From the NCBI GenBank assembly GCA_951406725.2, contig OX597821.1:61008001-61072000 (forward strand): a stretch of DNA of 64,000 bases. Reading direction: 5' to 3'. The notes under the pieces were generated by a model. The model was not told where the DNA came from. It made no database searches and was given only the letters and a program-made list of their open reading frames with translations. A program made the translations under genes and the position numbers. The DNA comes from Octopus vulgaris. Lineage: Eukaryota. Within the stretch, counting starts at the first letter, position 1, and each line of letters starts with the position of its first letter. This document shows, piece after piece, positions 13,660-29,160 of this stretch.

Positions 13660-13923
13660 ACTATAAACTTCGCGATACAGAGGATAATAATTACAGGAGG
13701 ATTAAGGCAGATCAGGTTCAAACTGCGTCAAATTCTAACAAAACGAAACTTGCTGTGGCACATTTATAATCCATATACCTCTCTAGTTGTTCCTCTGCGC
13801 ACTCTGGATGGTAAAGAATTGTTCAGCAATCCTAAAGATGTTCTTGACAAGTGGTGAGACCTCTTTAATGAGCTTTTAAATAAACCTTTACACGTTCATC
13901 ATGAATTCTTGGCTTCACTCCCT
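13660..13923 (+). mobile_element. RTE-type LINE fragment (EN-RT linker)
   Basis: IYNPYTSLVVPLRTLDGKELFSNPKDVLDKW*DLFNELLNKP matches the RTE/BovB pattern P...DG..L......L.RW.EHF..LLN.P. Confidence 0.7.
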
Positions 13924-14356
13924 TGATAACCACAAAAAAACACAAACTCACATAAATACTTATATACATACATGCATGTACATATGCATGCACAAACGTA
14001 TACAGAAATTGTTTATTAATTGCTTAAATAACAGCTCGTATAATGACAGCTGAATGAATATATTAAAAACCGCTAATATATTATATTAGTATTACATTAT
14101 AGTGGCATTAAAAGCACAACTACTCGTTAACGAATGTTACTTCATCTGAAGTCCGATAATCACCAATTATTTCATTTTATTGTTGATATTACCACCACCA
14201 CCACCACCATCATCATCATCACCATCATCATAATCATCATCATATTCCTCATCGGCAGCAGATCAGCAGCAACACCAGTCTCATCATAATTTATTACCTC
14301 TTTAAACATTAAATTATTGTTTGTTCTCTTCAGTTATTAACCATTGAAAAACTTAC

Positions 14357-14409
14357 CATGTTGTATAACTCCTTTATTAACTCATTATAATCAATGTGGC
14401 AATGTTTCA
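14357..14409 (-). other. Candidate exon (53 nt)
   Basis: Acceptor agttttgcag, donor ATG|gtaagt; one frame reads KHCHIDYNELIKELYNM. Confidence 0.4.
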
Positions 14410-14597
14410 CTGCAAAACTAATGTATTCTCTCCATCAGTTTTATTTACCTTACTGTCTATTTAACAGTTTAACTCCCCTTGCGTGCATAGGCCTTACTGT
14501 TTCATTATACCACTGTCTTATCTGCTTGCATCATTATGATTAGTTCTAGTACATTCCAGTATTTCAGTCACAATGTCTCACTGATTTACAGACTTAC

Positions 14598-14699
14598 TGA
14601 TTCACACCCTGTCTCTCAAGTGACGCAGAGACTCGCTGTTTCGTAAAATCCTTCTCTCGTTATCGTAGAAGTAAAAATAAAATGATTCCAGGAAAATAT
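14598..14699 (-). other. Candidate exon (102 nt, stops in all three frames)
   Basis: Acceptor tttgccgatttcag, donor gtaagt; 188-nt intron to the 14357-14409 candidate. Confidence 0.3.
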
Positions 14700-16829
14700 C
14701 TGAAATCGGCAAATCGCATGAAATTGTGTAATTGAGTTACGGAGTGATCTACCAAAAATATTCTTAATTACCAAGTTTCCATTTATTTTGAGAGGGGAAA
14801 GGACTAGACACAACTGTTAGTAATACTCGGAGAGAATGGATGATAATTTCACGAAATTGAAAATTAATATTTATCAAGTTACTTAACATGCTTAATGAAA
14901 TAATATTCTCACCTTTGTAAGAATGGCTCAACTATGGACATGTCTCAGTTATCAGTTTAGTACAATATCACTTAGTCGATAGATTTTTAAATGTAACCGA
15001 GGAGTTACTAATATGTTTGGACAGAAGAATTTGTATAATTAAAAATAAAATGTGTCAGAGATAATAACTCAAATTGGCCAATGGCATTAATTTGGCTAAT
15101 TAAGCTAAAGGGTGATGTTCAGAATGCCACATGCACGAAAAAAATAAATCCTTAATTTATTGGAATTTCTCTTCGAGAAATTTGTTAGCAGCAATTGTTG
15201 GCAAAACTCAAAAAAGCGCAATATTTTAAATAAATTTTGAAATAATTTTCCGAATAAATTTACATGCTCAGGAAAAGGACAGCCTTATCATAGCTTGCAG
15301 ACATATGCCAAGTATGGACTTCACTATTTTATACATGTTTTGACTTAAATACACATAGATGATTATCAAAAATACCAGGACTAGCATCACATTTTCTCGG
15401 TACGCGCATTGATATGTGGTTCTGAGTTTCTTTGAAAATATGTGTATCCGTAAGCTTTTGGTGTATGATTGCGTTAATGTTTGTTTATGAGTTCGAGCAT
15501 AGTTAGATCACCAACTGGGCAAAATAAAAGCTGAATGTAAATAATTCCACTTTATATAATTTACGCCGTTTCCGCTCGCTCTCTAATCTCTTATGCTGAT
15601 ATTATCTAAATGCAAAATACTCCATAAACAAAAATTATTCCTACAAATACATTATATAAATCATCTTATATTATCTACTGACTCAGTTTTCTTTTGTGTA
15701 GTTTCTCTTTTGTAATTGTTTTGCTATATTTTGTCTCATTTCGTTTATTTTACTACCATAACACATTCTGTATCATCAGTTAATAGAAAATCGAGAAAAT
15801 TGTAGCTAAACATTAAATATATTACGATCGAGTTTCGTATAACGAGCGTCCATATGAGTTACCTTCGTTATAAATTAAGCTCTTATTCACAGTTGTAAAA
15901 TCAGAAAAAAATACAATCAATCATTTAAGTCATCAATTGCCACTAATACGTAATACAACCAATCACTAATCTGATGATTCTCAATATACATATATAATTT
16001 CCAGTCGCTAAACAGTTAGCTATTAACACGTTAAGTTTACATTAATGGTACCTAATAAACTACCACAATATCAGTTAGAGAGCAATCAACTAATAAAATA
16101 TAGATATTCACCACAGACTCTCGCTTGTATATACACATACAGATGAAACGCTATGTTCATTCCTTTTTCTCTCTCCCTCTCCAAGTCTGTGTCTCTTAAA
16201 ATGTTCTTTTCAAATAAATTACATTATAACAACGAAGACAAGGAGATAATTTATACGACTATTTATATATACATATATTGGTACATATACGCACATACAT
16301 AGATTAAACTAAGTGTCTGGTGAGGTAACGTGACTGAGTATCACGTGGACGCTCATCCTGATACATATGGCAGTCATAGTCATTTCTCAAAACACGTTGT
16401 TCAGCTTTGAAAACGAACACATTTACATTATGTTGTCCTACATACATATGAAGCAAAAATAAAGATGAGATGGTCGCAGTTTTAATGTCTTTGATCTTAG
16501 GTTTGTGCAATGAAGGCTGACAGAGTGCTGTATTTATGGTGTCACTACGTATTTACAAAACACGGAGCACCACTATCATTTTTCTTTTTGTTTTTTTTTT
16601 CTTCGCTCTTAGCTGTATTTAATGCATAACTAGCGTCATAATGAAATTAGAAGACACACCACAAAAATATATCACAAAGAGAAAAGAAAACAATATCACA
16701 TTACCTCACTTTATTTGTCATCTATGTTACTGTCTGCTTAAGCATCATTAGATAACTTCATACAATGTATGTATATTATAAGGCAAATTGACATTAAGTG
16801 GAGATCTTTGTGTGTATATCTATCTATGC

Positions 16830-16870
<41 letters not shown>

Positions 16871-18932
16871 AAGAGAGTGAGATAGATAGATAGATATACA
16901 TATACATATATATATACATACATACTTACATATATTTATGTGTGTGTCTGTGTCTATGTGTTTGTCTCTGTGTGTGCATGTGTGTGTCTGAGTGGGTGTG
17001 TATGTATGTGTGTGTGTGTGTAAATGTGGATGGGTAGATTGAGTAGAAGGGCTTTGCAGAGCATGATGTTAGGAAACGGATTCGGGATTTGGGTTTGATT
17101 GGACATGAAGTGGAGGTTGAAGACTGCAGAAATTGGCAAGCAACACTGGAAGCGGTATTAAGTAAGGTATCTCTATGTAGTACCAGCCAACCAGTCAACC
17201 TGCCGACCAAGCCACTGAGGGAGATATTCCGCACTCAACTGGCCGGAACCTCTATGAGGTCCTATGTACTGTTGATGAGCCTTCATTGTTAGTAGCTACT
17301 GACTTTGTGGCTGATATTCTATTTCCCCCCGATTAAACTGTCCACTCTTGTTTTTCTTTTATATTTCAACTGCATGCTTTCTGAGGTTTGTCTTTACTAT
17401 AACCTCTTCTGTTGATGCCAACGTCTATCTCTATGTCTCTCTTCCTCTCTCTCTCCCCCCTCTCTCTCTCACACACGCACACACATACATATACTACCCC
17501 ATATCCTTAAGCTACTTTCTCCACTCCCTCTAGCTGCTTCTCAAACTTTCTCCCTCATCTAACACTTTTTCGAACTCTGGTTAATTACTTGAAATTTCGA
17601 TGCATCAACTCATTAAAATTTCATTTTCCTTTTGATTTTTCATTTTCGCTGTTAGCTTTTATTTGGTTAATTTCAACAATGTTTGTTCAACAATGTTTGC
17701 CTGTACTCGATACGGGTATAGACTCCACTAATCAAAGACGTCATGCTTGCTACATAACATAAAAACACGATTGTACAGAGATACTAGAAATTAATGCATT
17801 TAGAAACAAGAAAAGCTAACTTCAATTTCCAGCATCGTCAGATGCTAACGAATACACGGACTCAATAAAATACTTTAACGAATCCAAAAACATGATATAA
17901 ACAGTGATTTTACAAAAAGGGACCCAATGCATTCGAATTTTATCTTCCTAAAACATCTTTAATGAAATACCTGAACAAAATTATCCACGTGTGCTGTTCT
18001 TAAAAATGCATTTAATTTATCACCTAGGTAAATTTGCTAGCAGAGTTGCAGAATATCTAGTTCATCAGAAAATTGTTTTAATATCACCCTACCGCAAATA
18101 CAGTTCAACAGAATCTTAATGTAATCTTTAAAAAATTTGGAATATTTCAAAGCAAATTCTTTCCTCGCACGAAATTTCTGGTTACACACATTGTATCTAG
18201 TTACTCATAATGTATGTAACAGAGCCTAAAACACCACAGTGCCTTTCTTCTAAAAACCGAGACCATGAAACTTCGAGTAACGACTTACGCAGACAGCCTT
18301 GAATAAATTATGCTAATTCCATTACTCCAGTTTACCTGAAGGCGTTCAGTTCTTTTTCATTTATGTGTTTTACCAACCAGTGTAGACCTCTATACTATAT
18401 ACAAAAAAGCCAGCCCCAATTCGGGTAGAAGTGCAGCCTAGCTGTAGGTACTATGCTTTCACTAATTATTTTTGATGTCTATGTAGACACATATAGACAT
18501 AGATGTTCCTGTGACCATCCTGTTCTTTACCAAAGCGAGACATTCTGAGTACGACGGGTGGAGGAGGAGAGAGAACTTCACTAGCACTTGGTTGATGCTC
18601 AATCTTTGGCTGAATATTTGAACGTGCAGTTAAGAGCCTTCGCCAAGGTTACAACGCACTGTTTGCTTCATCAAACGAACCAACCGCATTACGTTCGGCT
18701 GCAGAACACAGAAACCACTAAATCGAGTGTCTCCCAACATATATATATATATATATATATAAAGACATGTAGGTAGGTAGATAGATAGATAGATAGACAG
18801 ACATATAGATAGATACATAGATAGATAGATAGGTAGATAGATAGGTAGACGCATAGCTAGCTAGCTAGCTAGATAGATAGATAGATAGATAGATAAATAG
18901 ACAGATAGATAGATATGTAGACAGACATATAG

Positions 18933-18965
<33 letters not shown>

Positions 18966-19074
18966 TGTAAATATACACACAGTAAATGAATTTTATATCT
19001 GTATATACATGCTCATGTGCGTGTTTATGTGTACGCGCGCATGCCTGTGTGTTTTAGCTTTAACTTGCTGCAGG

Positions 19075-19279
19075 TATGAAGACTGCGGCCATACAGGAGT
19101 CACGTCTTGTCGAATGAATCGACAGCTCATTTCAAGAGCCTGATACTTATTCTATTTATCTCTTTTGCCGAACCGTTGACTTGGGGGGATGCAAACAAGC
19201 CAACACCTCATCTTGAGAGATGTGTGAGGTGTGGGCTGGCAAACGCAAACACAAGGATGAACATGCATATATATGCCTG

Positions 19280-19327
<48 letters not shown>

Positions 19328-19485
19328 AATATATAAACGGGTTTCTTTCAGTTTCCTTCTATCAAACATACTCATAAGACAGTTATTCATCCTCGGCCAC
19401 ACTCGTGCAGGGTACCACGGATGGGGATTGAACCCAGTACCATGTGATTCTGAAGCAAACTTCTTACCACACCGCCATGCCTGCA
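19075..19485 (-). mobile_element. SINE family A, diverged
   Basis: gactgcggccat...ttttgccgaaccg...tctttcagtttcc...cttaccacaccgccatgcctgc. Confidence 0.7.
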
Positions 19486-20222
19486 GATCATAAAATATAT
19501 GCTCACAAAGAATAACACACACTCACATGCATACGTGTATGTGTGTGTATGTATACACATATACATGCACACACATAAACTTCTATATATGATTGTGAGT
19601 ATGGTATTCGTGTGTATTCGTATGTATGTTTATGTTTGCATACATGTGCGTATGTGTGCGTGAATGAGTGTATGTATGTGTCTGTGTATATATGTATAAT
19701 CCAATGCGTATCTAAAGCAATGGTTAAGGATACAATTAATAACCGAATTCAGGCGAGGTTGTTGTTTTTTTTTATTGTTATATAAAAATGCATAAAAATA
19801 ATTCCTAACATTGCTAAACAAGGAGAGGAAGTGGGTACGCGAAGGAAGCAAAAAACAATCAAGAATAAATAAAAAAGAAATCCCCAAGAGACACATTTAG
19901 AATTGGTTCTATTATCTTTGAAAATACTCATCCCTGAAGGCCCATTATAATTGAAAATGCAACAAGGTTTCTTCGTCTCCGTCCAAAGTCTTCAGAAAAA
20001 TAATTCTACACCGGAAATATCTATAATAATTTTTTTTCTCATGAAACCTGCAGAAGACCAAAAAACAAAACAGATTTCCATTTTCCATTCAACAATACAT
20101 TTCTGGCAATTTTGTGTAATTATTTCTTATTAAAATATATATAAAATATACAGCCTCTGCTATCATATAATTTTACAGCATATGAAATGGGCTGTTTCAA
20201 ACATGTATACATACACACACAT

Positions 20223-20270
<48 letters not shown>

Positions 20271-20400
20271 TTATTATATACATATGTATACGCTTATATA
20301 TAATTTATACACACACCTATATAATTACATATATGTGTATGCATTCTTATATGTATGCACATATCTGTATACATACGAACCATGTATACATAGAAGCGTG

Positions 20401-20975
<575 letters not shown>

Positions 20976-21694
20976 ATATATATGCAATTATTGTTTATTG
21001 AATATCAAGAGTAAGGAAGGAAGCCACAATAGTGCACTTGGTTGTTGTGTATATTTTCTCTATTAATCGGAAGATATTGGCTTGTGTCTAAAAAGAGGTT
21101 TCCTCTAGCAAATTTGATAGCTTGGAGCAAAAAATATATTAATGTATTTACATAATTGTCGAAAATGCTTGTGTGTGTACGGGTTTGCCTGTGTAACAAG
21201 ACAGAAAACATTCGATATTTTCCCATTTTTCAATTTTTATGAATAAAAAATGAATATATATACATACATAAATATATATATATATCTATGAATAATGTAG
21301 TTATGTATTATGCATGTATGTATGTATGTATGTATCGATCCTAATTTTACCTTTCATTCTTTTATTGGTTCCAACCAATACATATTCATTATCCTGGGGC
21401 ACCGTCATTAGCTCTGCCGTAAAAGAAAATTGATGGGGAAATCTGTGCATGTGAATTACAGTTTTACATTTTAACTCGGATGCGCATTTTTGAGATGTGC
21501 AAATGTATGCATATTTCTTTTCCAAACAACGTTTGGGAGCGTACATCTGCCACATGCATTCACTCAAACAACCATACGCAAGCACATATTTTCAAGTGTA
21601 TCACCGAATAACTCCGAAATATGTATATGCTTCAATAATGTAGAAGTGTGGCACAGAACTTATTGCTATATATATAGCCCGAGGCTATAACTAT

Positions 21695-21757
21695 AGCCCC
21701 AGGCCGACCAAAGCCTTGTGAGTGGATTTGGTAGACGGAAACTGAAAGAAGCCCGTC

Positions 21758-21839
<82 letters not shown>

Positions 21840-22040
21840 TTGTGTGCCTGTGTTTGTCCCCCCAACATCGCTGGACAACGGATGTTGGTGTGTTTATGTC
21901 CCCGTAGCCTAGCGGTTCGGCAAAAGAGACCGATAGAATAAGTACTAGGCTTACAAAGATTAAGTCCTCGGGTCGATTTGTTCGACTAAAAGCAGTGCTC
22001 CAGCATGGCCGCAGTAAAATGACTGAAACGAACAAAAGAA
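21695..22040 (+). mobile_element. SINE family A, 5'-truncated
   Basis: ggccgaccaaagccttgtgagtggatttggtagacggaaactgaaagaagcccgtcg-(TA)n(TG)n-...cagcatggccgcagt. Confidence 0.85.
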
Positions 22041-23802
22041 AGAAAATAAAAGAAAGAAACTCATATTCATATTAATTTTAAATGTTTAATATAATAAAAA
22101 TTAAGCTTTTGGCCGTTAATTTAAATCTCTATATATTTTTCATTACATTATGGATTCGAAATTTATTAAGCTACCAATGAACACACAACCATATCTCAAG
22201 AAAGTTAATAAATATATTAACTTAAATATATAAAATGAAAATGCTTACGTTACATTTAAATATCAGACTTAGCAATATTTCTTAATGAGACTAATTCAGA
22301 TAAGCGTGGGTGTGGTGGTATGGGCGAGAAGCTTGTTTTGCAGCCATCTGCTTTGAGGTTCATTAATACTGCACGGCATTTTAGCCTAGTGTTTTTGTAG
22401 GCGGCCACTCTGTAGATGCCCGTCGTGTGTGTGTGAGTTCGTGTTTGTGTTTGTCTCCCACCACTGCATGACAATCGGTGTCGGTTTATATACGCTCGCG
22501 TAACTAAGCGGTTCGGCAGGCGTCGGAAAGAAGAAGTGCCAGACTTTTAAAAAATTCACAAGAACTGGGGATCGATATGTTCGAGTAAACCCTTCAGGCA
22601 GAATCTCAGCATGGCCTCAGTCACATGACTGAAGCAATTAAAAAAATAAAACCCCATGGATCTGTATTTTCATGATAGCTTTTGAGGGTTGTTTACATGG
22701 AGTCTCCATCTGATATCAAGCAATAGGTAGGATGTTGAATATAAGACGGCTTGCTCCCAAAACAAAACTGTTCACAGCATTTGCAGATGACAATGCAACC
22801 CCAAAAATGTTCAGTCACTCCTCTCTATGCTTCCAAGTTGCTGAAATAGAATGGAACGTTTCACCAAACTCTACAAAGACAGTTTAATAGGGCATCACTA
22901 CAAATCCCAACGGTTGAAAAATCACTCCTAACAACATTCTGAAATGTATTTGAATCCGACTTACTACACTTTGCCCAAAAGTTCCCGATTAACTGCGGCT
23001 TCTTAGTTTATCTCCGAGAGGTAAAACTCAACACTTTTATTCTTGAGTAGGTTTTGGATTTTAGAATATTCTGAGCCCACTTTATGAGGAATAGCAACTT
23101 GCTTATTGACTTATATCTATATCAGCATAGTCTTTCCTTTCCTTTGAAAAGATATCTAACATAATGGAAGAAAAATAAAATTCGATTTAATCTAGCTACC
23201 TAGTTTGTATTTAGAGCACAACTTTTGATATATACAACAAGTATACATTAAAAGAAATTTCTTGTATGCCTCTGAGTAAAAGAAACCTAAAAGTACACTT
23301 CTTGACATTTTAAATACTGTTTTTCAAACAATGTATTATATAGAACAATTCGAGCTAAGCCTATTATTCATTTTTTTCATAATTACCTTTCTTCTATCTT
23401 ATCTGAGATATGTATCCCGAAGCCAAAAAGAACAGCATCTGGAAAGTTTCGAAGTTGCATTTTACTTCACACAATTTTAGATGAAACTTTGTAAAATATG
23501 TTTGTCTTCTAAAAGATGCTACTAAGAATGTGAAAGGCAAGTACTTTTTGTTTGGATGGAATAGTCTGTTTTAATTATATTGCAATATAAATATTAACCT
23601 TCGTTTTCCGATCCCACAAAAGCATTCCTGCCTTATCGAAAGAGCCTGTTGTTATTTCTTGTTGTTGTAATCGTAATTGTGTACCATGGTCTCCGTTGTT
23701 TTGTTTGTTTGTTGGTTTGTTTTCGTCTTTTTTGCTGTACACATTCGCTAGCTTTCTTACAAAAGGGGTCTAATGCGTTTAGCTTAGACTTTTTGGGGAA
23801 CA

Positions 23803-23872
23803 ACCAGATCTAACCATGTCAAGTGTAACTGTCCGAAATGGTTGTGAGTTCTGGTACTTGACTGATGAAAGA
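23803..23872 (+). ncRNA. Candidate non-circularly permuted hammerhead (probably inactivated copy)
   Basis: Stem III aaccat/atggtt, stem I tcaagt/acttga, GAAA at 23835-38 preceding CTGATGA at 23862-68, extra helix accagatct/agttctggt. Confidence 0.55.
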
Positions 23873-23979
23873 AATCAAGAATTACCCGTCTTTTTTGCCT
23901 GTCCTAATTGCTGTTTCTCTTGTCCGCCTTTGTGTCGTCTATCTGTCCGACGTTTTAATTCCCTCTTCTGTGTTTTTGT

Positions 23980-24424
<445 letters not shown>

Positions 24425-24579
24425 AATTGAAGAAATGGAGTTGAACGAAGATTGAACAGAAATCGTTTTATTTCATTCTACACGTGTTTCGAAAGGCACA
24501 ATTTACCAAATTCCGGTTGAATAATGAGACCATATTGTGTCTTTAATCTGCAACAAGATTATTCCTCTTTCTATTTCAC

Positions 24580-24648
<69 letters not shown>

Positions 24649-24654
24649 GGAAAT

Positions 24655-25255
24655 CGTTCTAGACGGTTGGACACTATGACAACTCCACAACTCACCCAAC
24701 GGATTCAGAACATAATCAATGTTGAGCCCGGAAAAACCAATGGGTGTCATCGCCAAAGAACGTAAGGTACCGGTGTGAACGAACAAAGAACATTGGAAAG
24801 GAGTCTCATGTACTAAGGAGACACCGATTCCTGTTTGCAAAGACGCAAGAAAAACGTTTGTTCCGTCTGAAGCAGTTACTGAACAAGGTTAAAAACCCTC
24901 ATGAATAAAGTGTGCTTTAGTTTTACTCTCACGGAAAAAACTTCGGCCAGGGCCAAAAGCCATAATTGGAGAAATGGCAGATGGTTATGAGCAGATTCTT
25001 CAGATGTTTTCAGAGTGATACACGCTTGTTCCCAACAACCATGTTGCTTTTTGGTGTGCTGAAGAACGATGGTAAGGACTTTGTGATTCTGTAGACAATT
25101 GTTAATCCCTGATAGGATCAAGTACGTATTGGAAGGCAATACGTGAGTCAAGAATAGCTGTCAGATAATATTTACAATCATGTAAAAACCAAATTTGTGA
25201 CCGACAGAATCGCCAGATTTCAATCTCATTGACTACTACATTTGGAACCGTGCAA
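24655..25255 (+). pseudogene. Tc1/mariner-superfamily transposase relic (maT/DD37D-like)
   Basis: TPQLTQRIQNIINVEPGK near the 5' side and *PTESPDFNLIDYYIW (SPDLNPLDY..W motif) near 25200-25245. Confidence 0.6.
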
Positions 25256-25479
25256 TGCCATAATTTTCCTATGTCAAAATGATGTTCGAACTTAATTTGG
25301 TGGATTCATAGAATAATCTAATAGGAAAGCTTAGCGAGAGAATGTGCACAAATTTCTATTAAAATACTTGTTTTGTTAGATTAGATTTCCTTAATTGAAT
25401 TACCAAATATGTCCCCAAATATCTGAATCACTATATTTACAGACAATATTGAAGAAATATATCAGGAAGCAAATATATC

Positions 25480-26335
25480 GTATTGCGACAAAAGTTTTGC
25501 TGTATTTTGGTAACATATTTGCTTTATCCAACAAAAGCAGCCTAGCATTCAAATCAAACACCATCATGTTGCACCGCCTGAAAACATCTTTCTGCCAGTT
25601 CTTTGATTTCTTGCTGATACCAGTTCTTGTCCATCGAAGCAAAATATTCCTTCAACGAAGCTTCCATCTAATGTCTGTTGACGATGCATCGCGAGTGCAG
25701 GAAGTGGGCCATGGATTAGAAAAAATAATAATTCGCGGGAATTAGATTAGGATTATATGCTGGGTGTGGCATTTGTTCGATTCCGTAAAGTTCCTGAGGT
25801 TTGTTCCGAGTATATCGAGAGGTATGATCTCATACATTGTCTTGCTACAGAAGTGTTCATTTTCTGTTGACCAATGCCGGGTATTTTTCCCGCACGAGGG
25901 CATATAACTACTTTAGCTGTTCAGAGTACTGTTTGGCATCGATCGTTGGACTGTCCGGAACGGGCTCGTAGTGAATAATCCCCTCGTTATTATCCACCAG
26001 ATTTAGAACATCACTTTGTGTTCGAAACTCCTATTTTTGTCGAATTGCTCTGGAAGTTGTCCCTTGCTTAACCACTCCTTATGTATACTGGGTTTGCGGA
26101 AATATACTTCTCATGGATTGTTAATTGTTCCAATTAATAATCTCACTTCGAGCACACACGACGCTTCATCAACCACATCGAAGGATAAGAATTGGTATCA
26201 GCATTGGATTAAAAACTGGCGTGAATTTCGCTTCACAGGGTGCAACACAATGGCCTCTACTTCCAATGCTAGGCTGCTGTTATTGTAACATGACAAACAA
26301 AACATCAAAATATTGCAAAACGTTTGACTCAACAC
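25480..26335 (-). mobile_element. Decayed mariner with ~160-bp inverted ends
   Basis: Minus strand QDNV*DHTSRYT...EQMPHPAYNPNLIPANYYFF (HDNA.PH / HPPYSPDLAPSDY). 25480-25640 is an inverted match to 26180-26335. Confidence 0.65.
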
Positions 26336-26485
26336 ATTATTAGATCTACGTGGATTCCATGCTTTTAATATAGACACGCAGACATTCGCACACATATTTA
26401 TATACACTCACACATATACTACATACACACACACAGACACACACATACATACACACATACATACATACATACATGCATACATACA

Positions 26486-26519
<34 letters not shown>

Positions 26520-26679
26520 CGTACGTACATACAAACAAAAATACCCTGTTGTCGATGTTGAAATTCCAATATAGGAGCCTTGGATCTAGGTTTGAAACCG
26601 GCTCCTTTTCTATTGGCAACAAATCTTGAAATAAAGCCGAACAATCACATCCATACATACATGTATACATACTTATATA

Positions 26680-26784
<105 letters not shown>

Positions 26785-27782
26785 ATATATGCACATACAA
26801 ACATATCCGTACACATACATATATATGTGTGTGTATACACACACACACATATATATATATATATACATACGTATATGCCTGTATATGCAGATATATGGCA
26901 TCATCTCTGTCTGTACTGCGCGTCTGTTTCTTTCAATGGTTTTTTTACGGGTAAATATTTGTGACATTTGTTAATAACGATAATTAGAAAAAAGCAAGAA
27001 GGAATCCCAAAAGGCAAAAAAACCCAAAAAAACACGCCACCCAAAATACAAAACCAAAAAAGCCCCAAATAACACAAACAAACAGACAAAGCAAACGAAA
27101 TATCAGACTCAGAAATGAGTTGTTCACACTCTCTGAGAAAATATAAATATGTATACAACTTAATCATTTTCTCTTTAAATATAAACATGCTTTAACGTAA
27201 GAGAAAAATCAATGATCACAGTTGATTGTAACTCGTTCATTGGACAACTCCAACTGGACATACGTTTTTTTGCACACTCATGCAATAAAGATTCTTATTT
27301 TCTCTTCAAGCGATTAATTTTTTTGTTATTTGCTTTACTGAAATCTATAGAGAGAAAATTAAATAGGAATCACAATCGATATTAGTAGTTTGTAACAACT
27401 GGCGCTGTCGAGGATTATGGTGGTGGTGATGGTGGTTTTCATGATGATGATGTTGATGATGATGATGATGATGAGGATGATGATGATGATGGTGACAATG
27501 AAACTGAAGATAATGTTCAAGATTATGATCACGAGGATCATGATGACAGTTATCCCCCTCATCCTCCTCTTCATCCTCATCATCATTGTTGTTGTCATCG
27601 TCGTCCTCGTCATCATCATCATCATCATCATTTTCAGCTTCAGCATCATCTTCAACATTATCATCACCTTCAACATCACAAGTGACACATATAACAAAGT
27701 CATGTGGCAGGTGACGTGAATATGTCCCATAATCCGCGGAATTGGAACATGCCAAGAAGCTGCACTGAATTCTATAACTCAC

Positions 27783-27816
27783 ATGTCCATAAGTTTGGAT
27801 TACTAAGGTAAATTAT
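27783..27816 (-). other. Candidate micro-exon (34 nt)
   Basis: Acceptor tgttatttgcag, donor gtgagt; reads IIYLSNPNLWT plus 1 nt. Confidence 0.4.
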
Positions 27817-28037
27817 CTGCAAATAACATTCAGAAGTAAGAAACCCCTGTGACTCTTTCTATATCATTACAGAGCGGTATGACATAAGCTTAAACATTCA
27901 TTGCCCAGTAGTAGAAATTTGGTTGACCTGATCGAAGATTTATTGCTAAATGCATAATCAAATACGTTCTGTCAGTTAAAATATCTCGCATGTTTTCCAC
28001 AAATTCTGTATCATACCATACATTAATCTTATATATA

Positions 28038-28089
<52 letters not shown>

Positions 28090-28201
28090 TGTGTGTGTTG
28101 TGTGTGTATTATGAATGTATGTATAATACATATGTTATATATATATTATATATATATGTAATATATATATGTATGTATGTATGAATGTATGTATGTATGT
28201 A

Positions 28202-28234
<33 letters not shown>

Positions 28235-28239
28235 GTGTA

Positions 28240-28274
<35 letters not shown>

Positions 28275-28448
28275 ATATATATGTATATATATGTATATAT
28301 AAATGTATATATATTATATATATATATATATATGTATAATATATATATATGTATAAGCATATATATAAATATCTATAAATATATGTACACACACACACAC
28401 ACATAATGTATATGATTATGCATTTGGTAATAAATCTTCGACCAAGTC

Positions 28449-28480
<32 letters not shown>

Positions 28481-28489
28481 TAATCCATT

Positions 28490-28700
28490 TCAATGATGAA
28501 TAATTTTATAACCTACAACGCTCAATACTTCTGCCGCAATTCCATAATATTTCAAACTGCATTTGTTAGGTTGTTGGAAGGTACATTGGAGATCGGTGAC
28601 TGGCAATATCCTCTTCAAATTTTGGCATTAAGCACGAAAATATTTTCACCTTACATGGCCTCGCTGCAAATATAAAAAGACCTGGAATACAATTGACAGA
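28490..28700 (-). pseudogene. Possible piggyBac transposase relic
   Basis: GENIFV...RGYCQ..MYLP..PNKCSLK across frameshifts resembles the piggyBac motif G..ITVDE....RGRC....Y.P.KP.KYGLK. Confidence 0.3.
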
Positions 28701-29160
28701 TGTTCTTGCAAGAAACCTGGAAACCTCGAAAACAAAGGCACATTGTTCATTGAGATTTGAGTAATCATTCTTTCTACTTCGCGTTCTGAAATATTTAGGG
28801 AGGGTGCTAATAAAGTTATATCGACTCCAGTATAAAACTGGTACTTATTTTATGGGCCCTGAAGATAAAGGGTGAAGTCGACCTCAACGGCATTTGAACT
28901 CAGAACGTAAAATGCTGTAAGAAATACTAGTAAGCTTTTTATCCGACATGCCATCCATTCAACCACCTCGCCGCCTCTGTCATGGGAGTGATAATAATAA
29001 TAATCCTTTCTACTATAGGCCCAAGGCCTGAAAGTTTGAAGAGGGGGATTAGTCGATTACTCAACCCCAGTGTTTCACTGGTATTTGATTTATCAACCTC
29101 GAAAGGATAGAAAGCAAAGTCGACCTCGGTAGAATTTAAGACGGACGAAATGCCGCTAAG

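Noticed and set aside
17980-18090. LKMHLIYHL..SSENCF remnant resembling a Transib/Chapaev-like transposase
   Set aside because: Too short and decayed to support.
27345-27782. His/Asp-rich ORF and apparent (GAT)n/(CAT)n hairpin
   Set aside because: Degenerate trinucleotide repeats; complementarity is trivial for these motifs.
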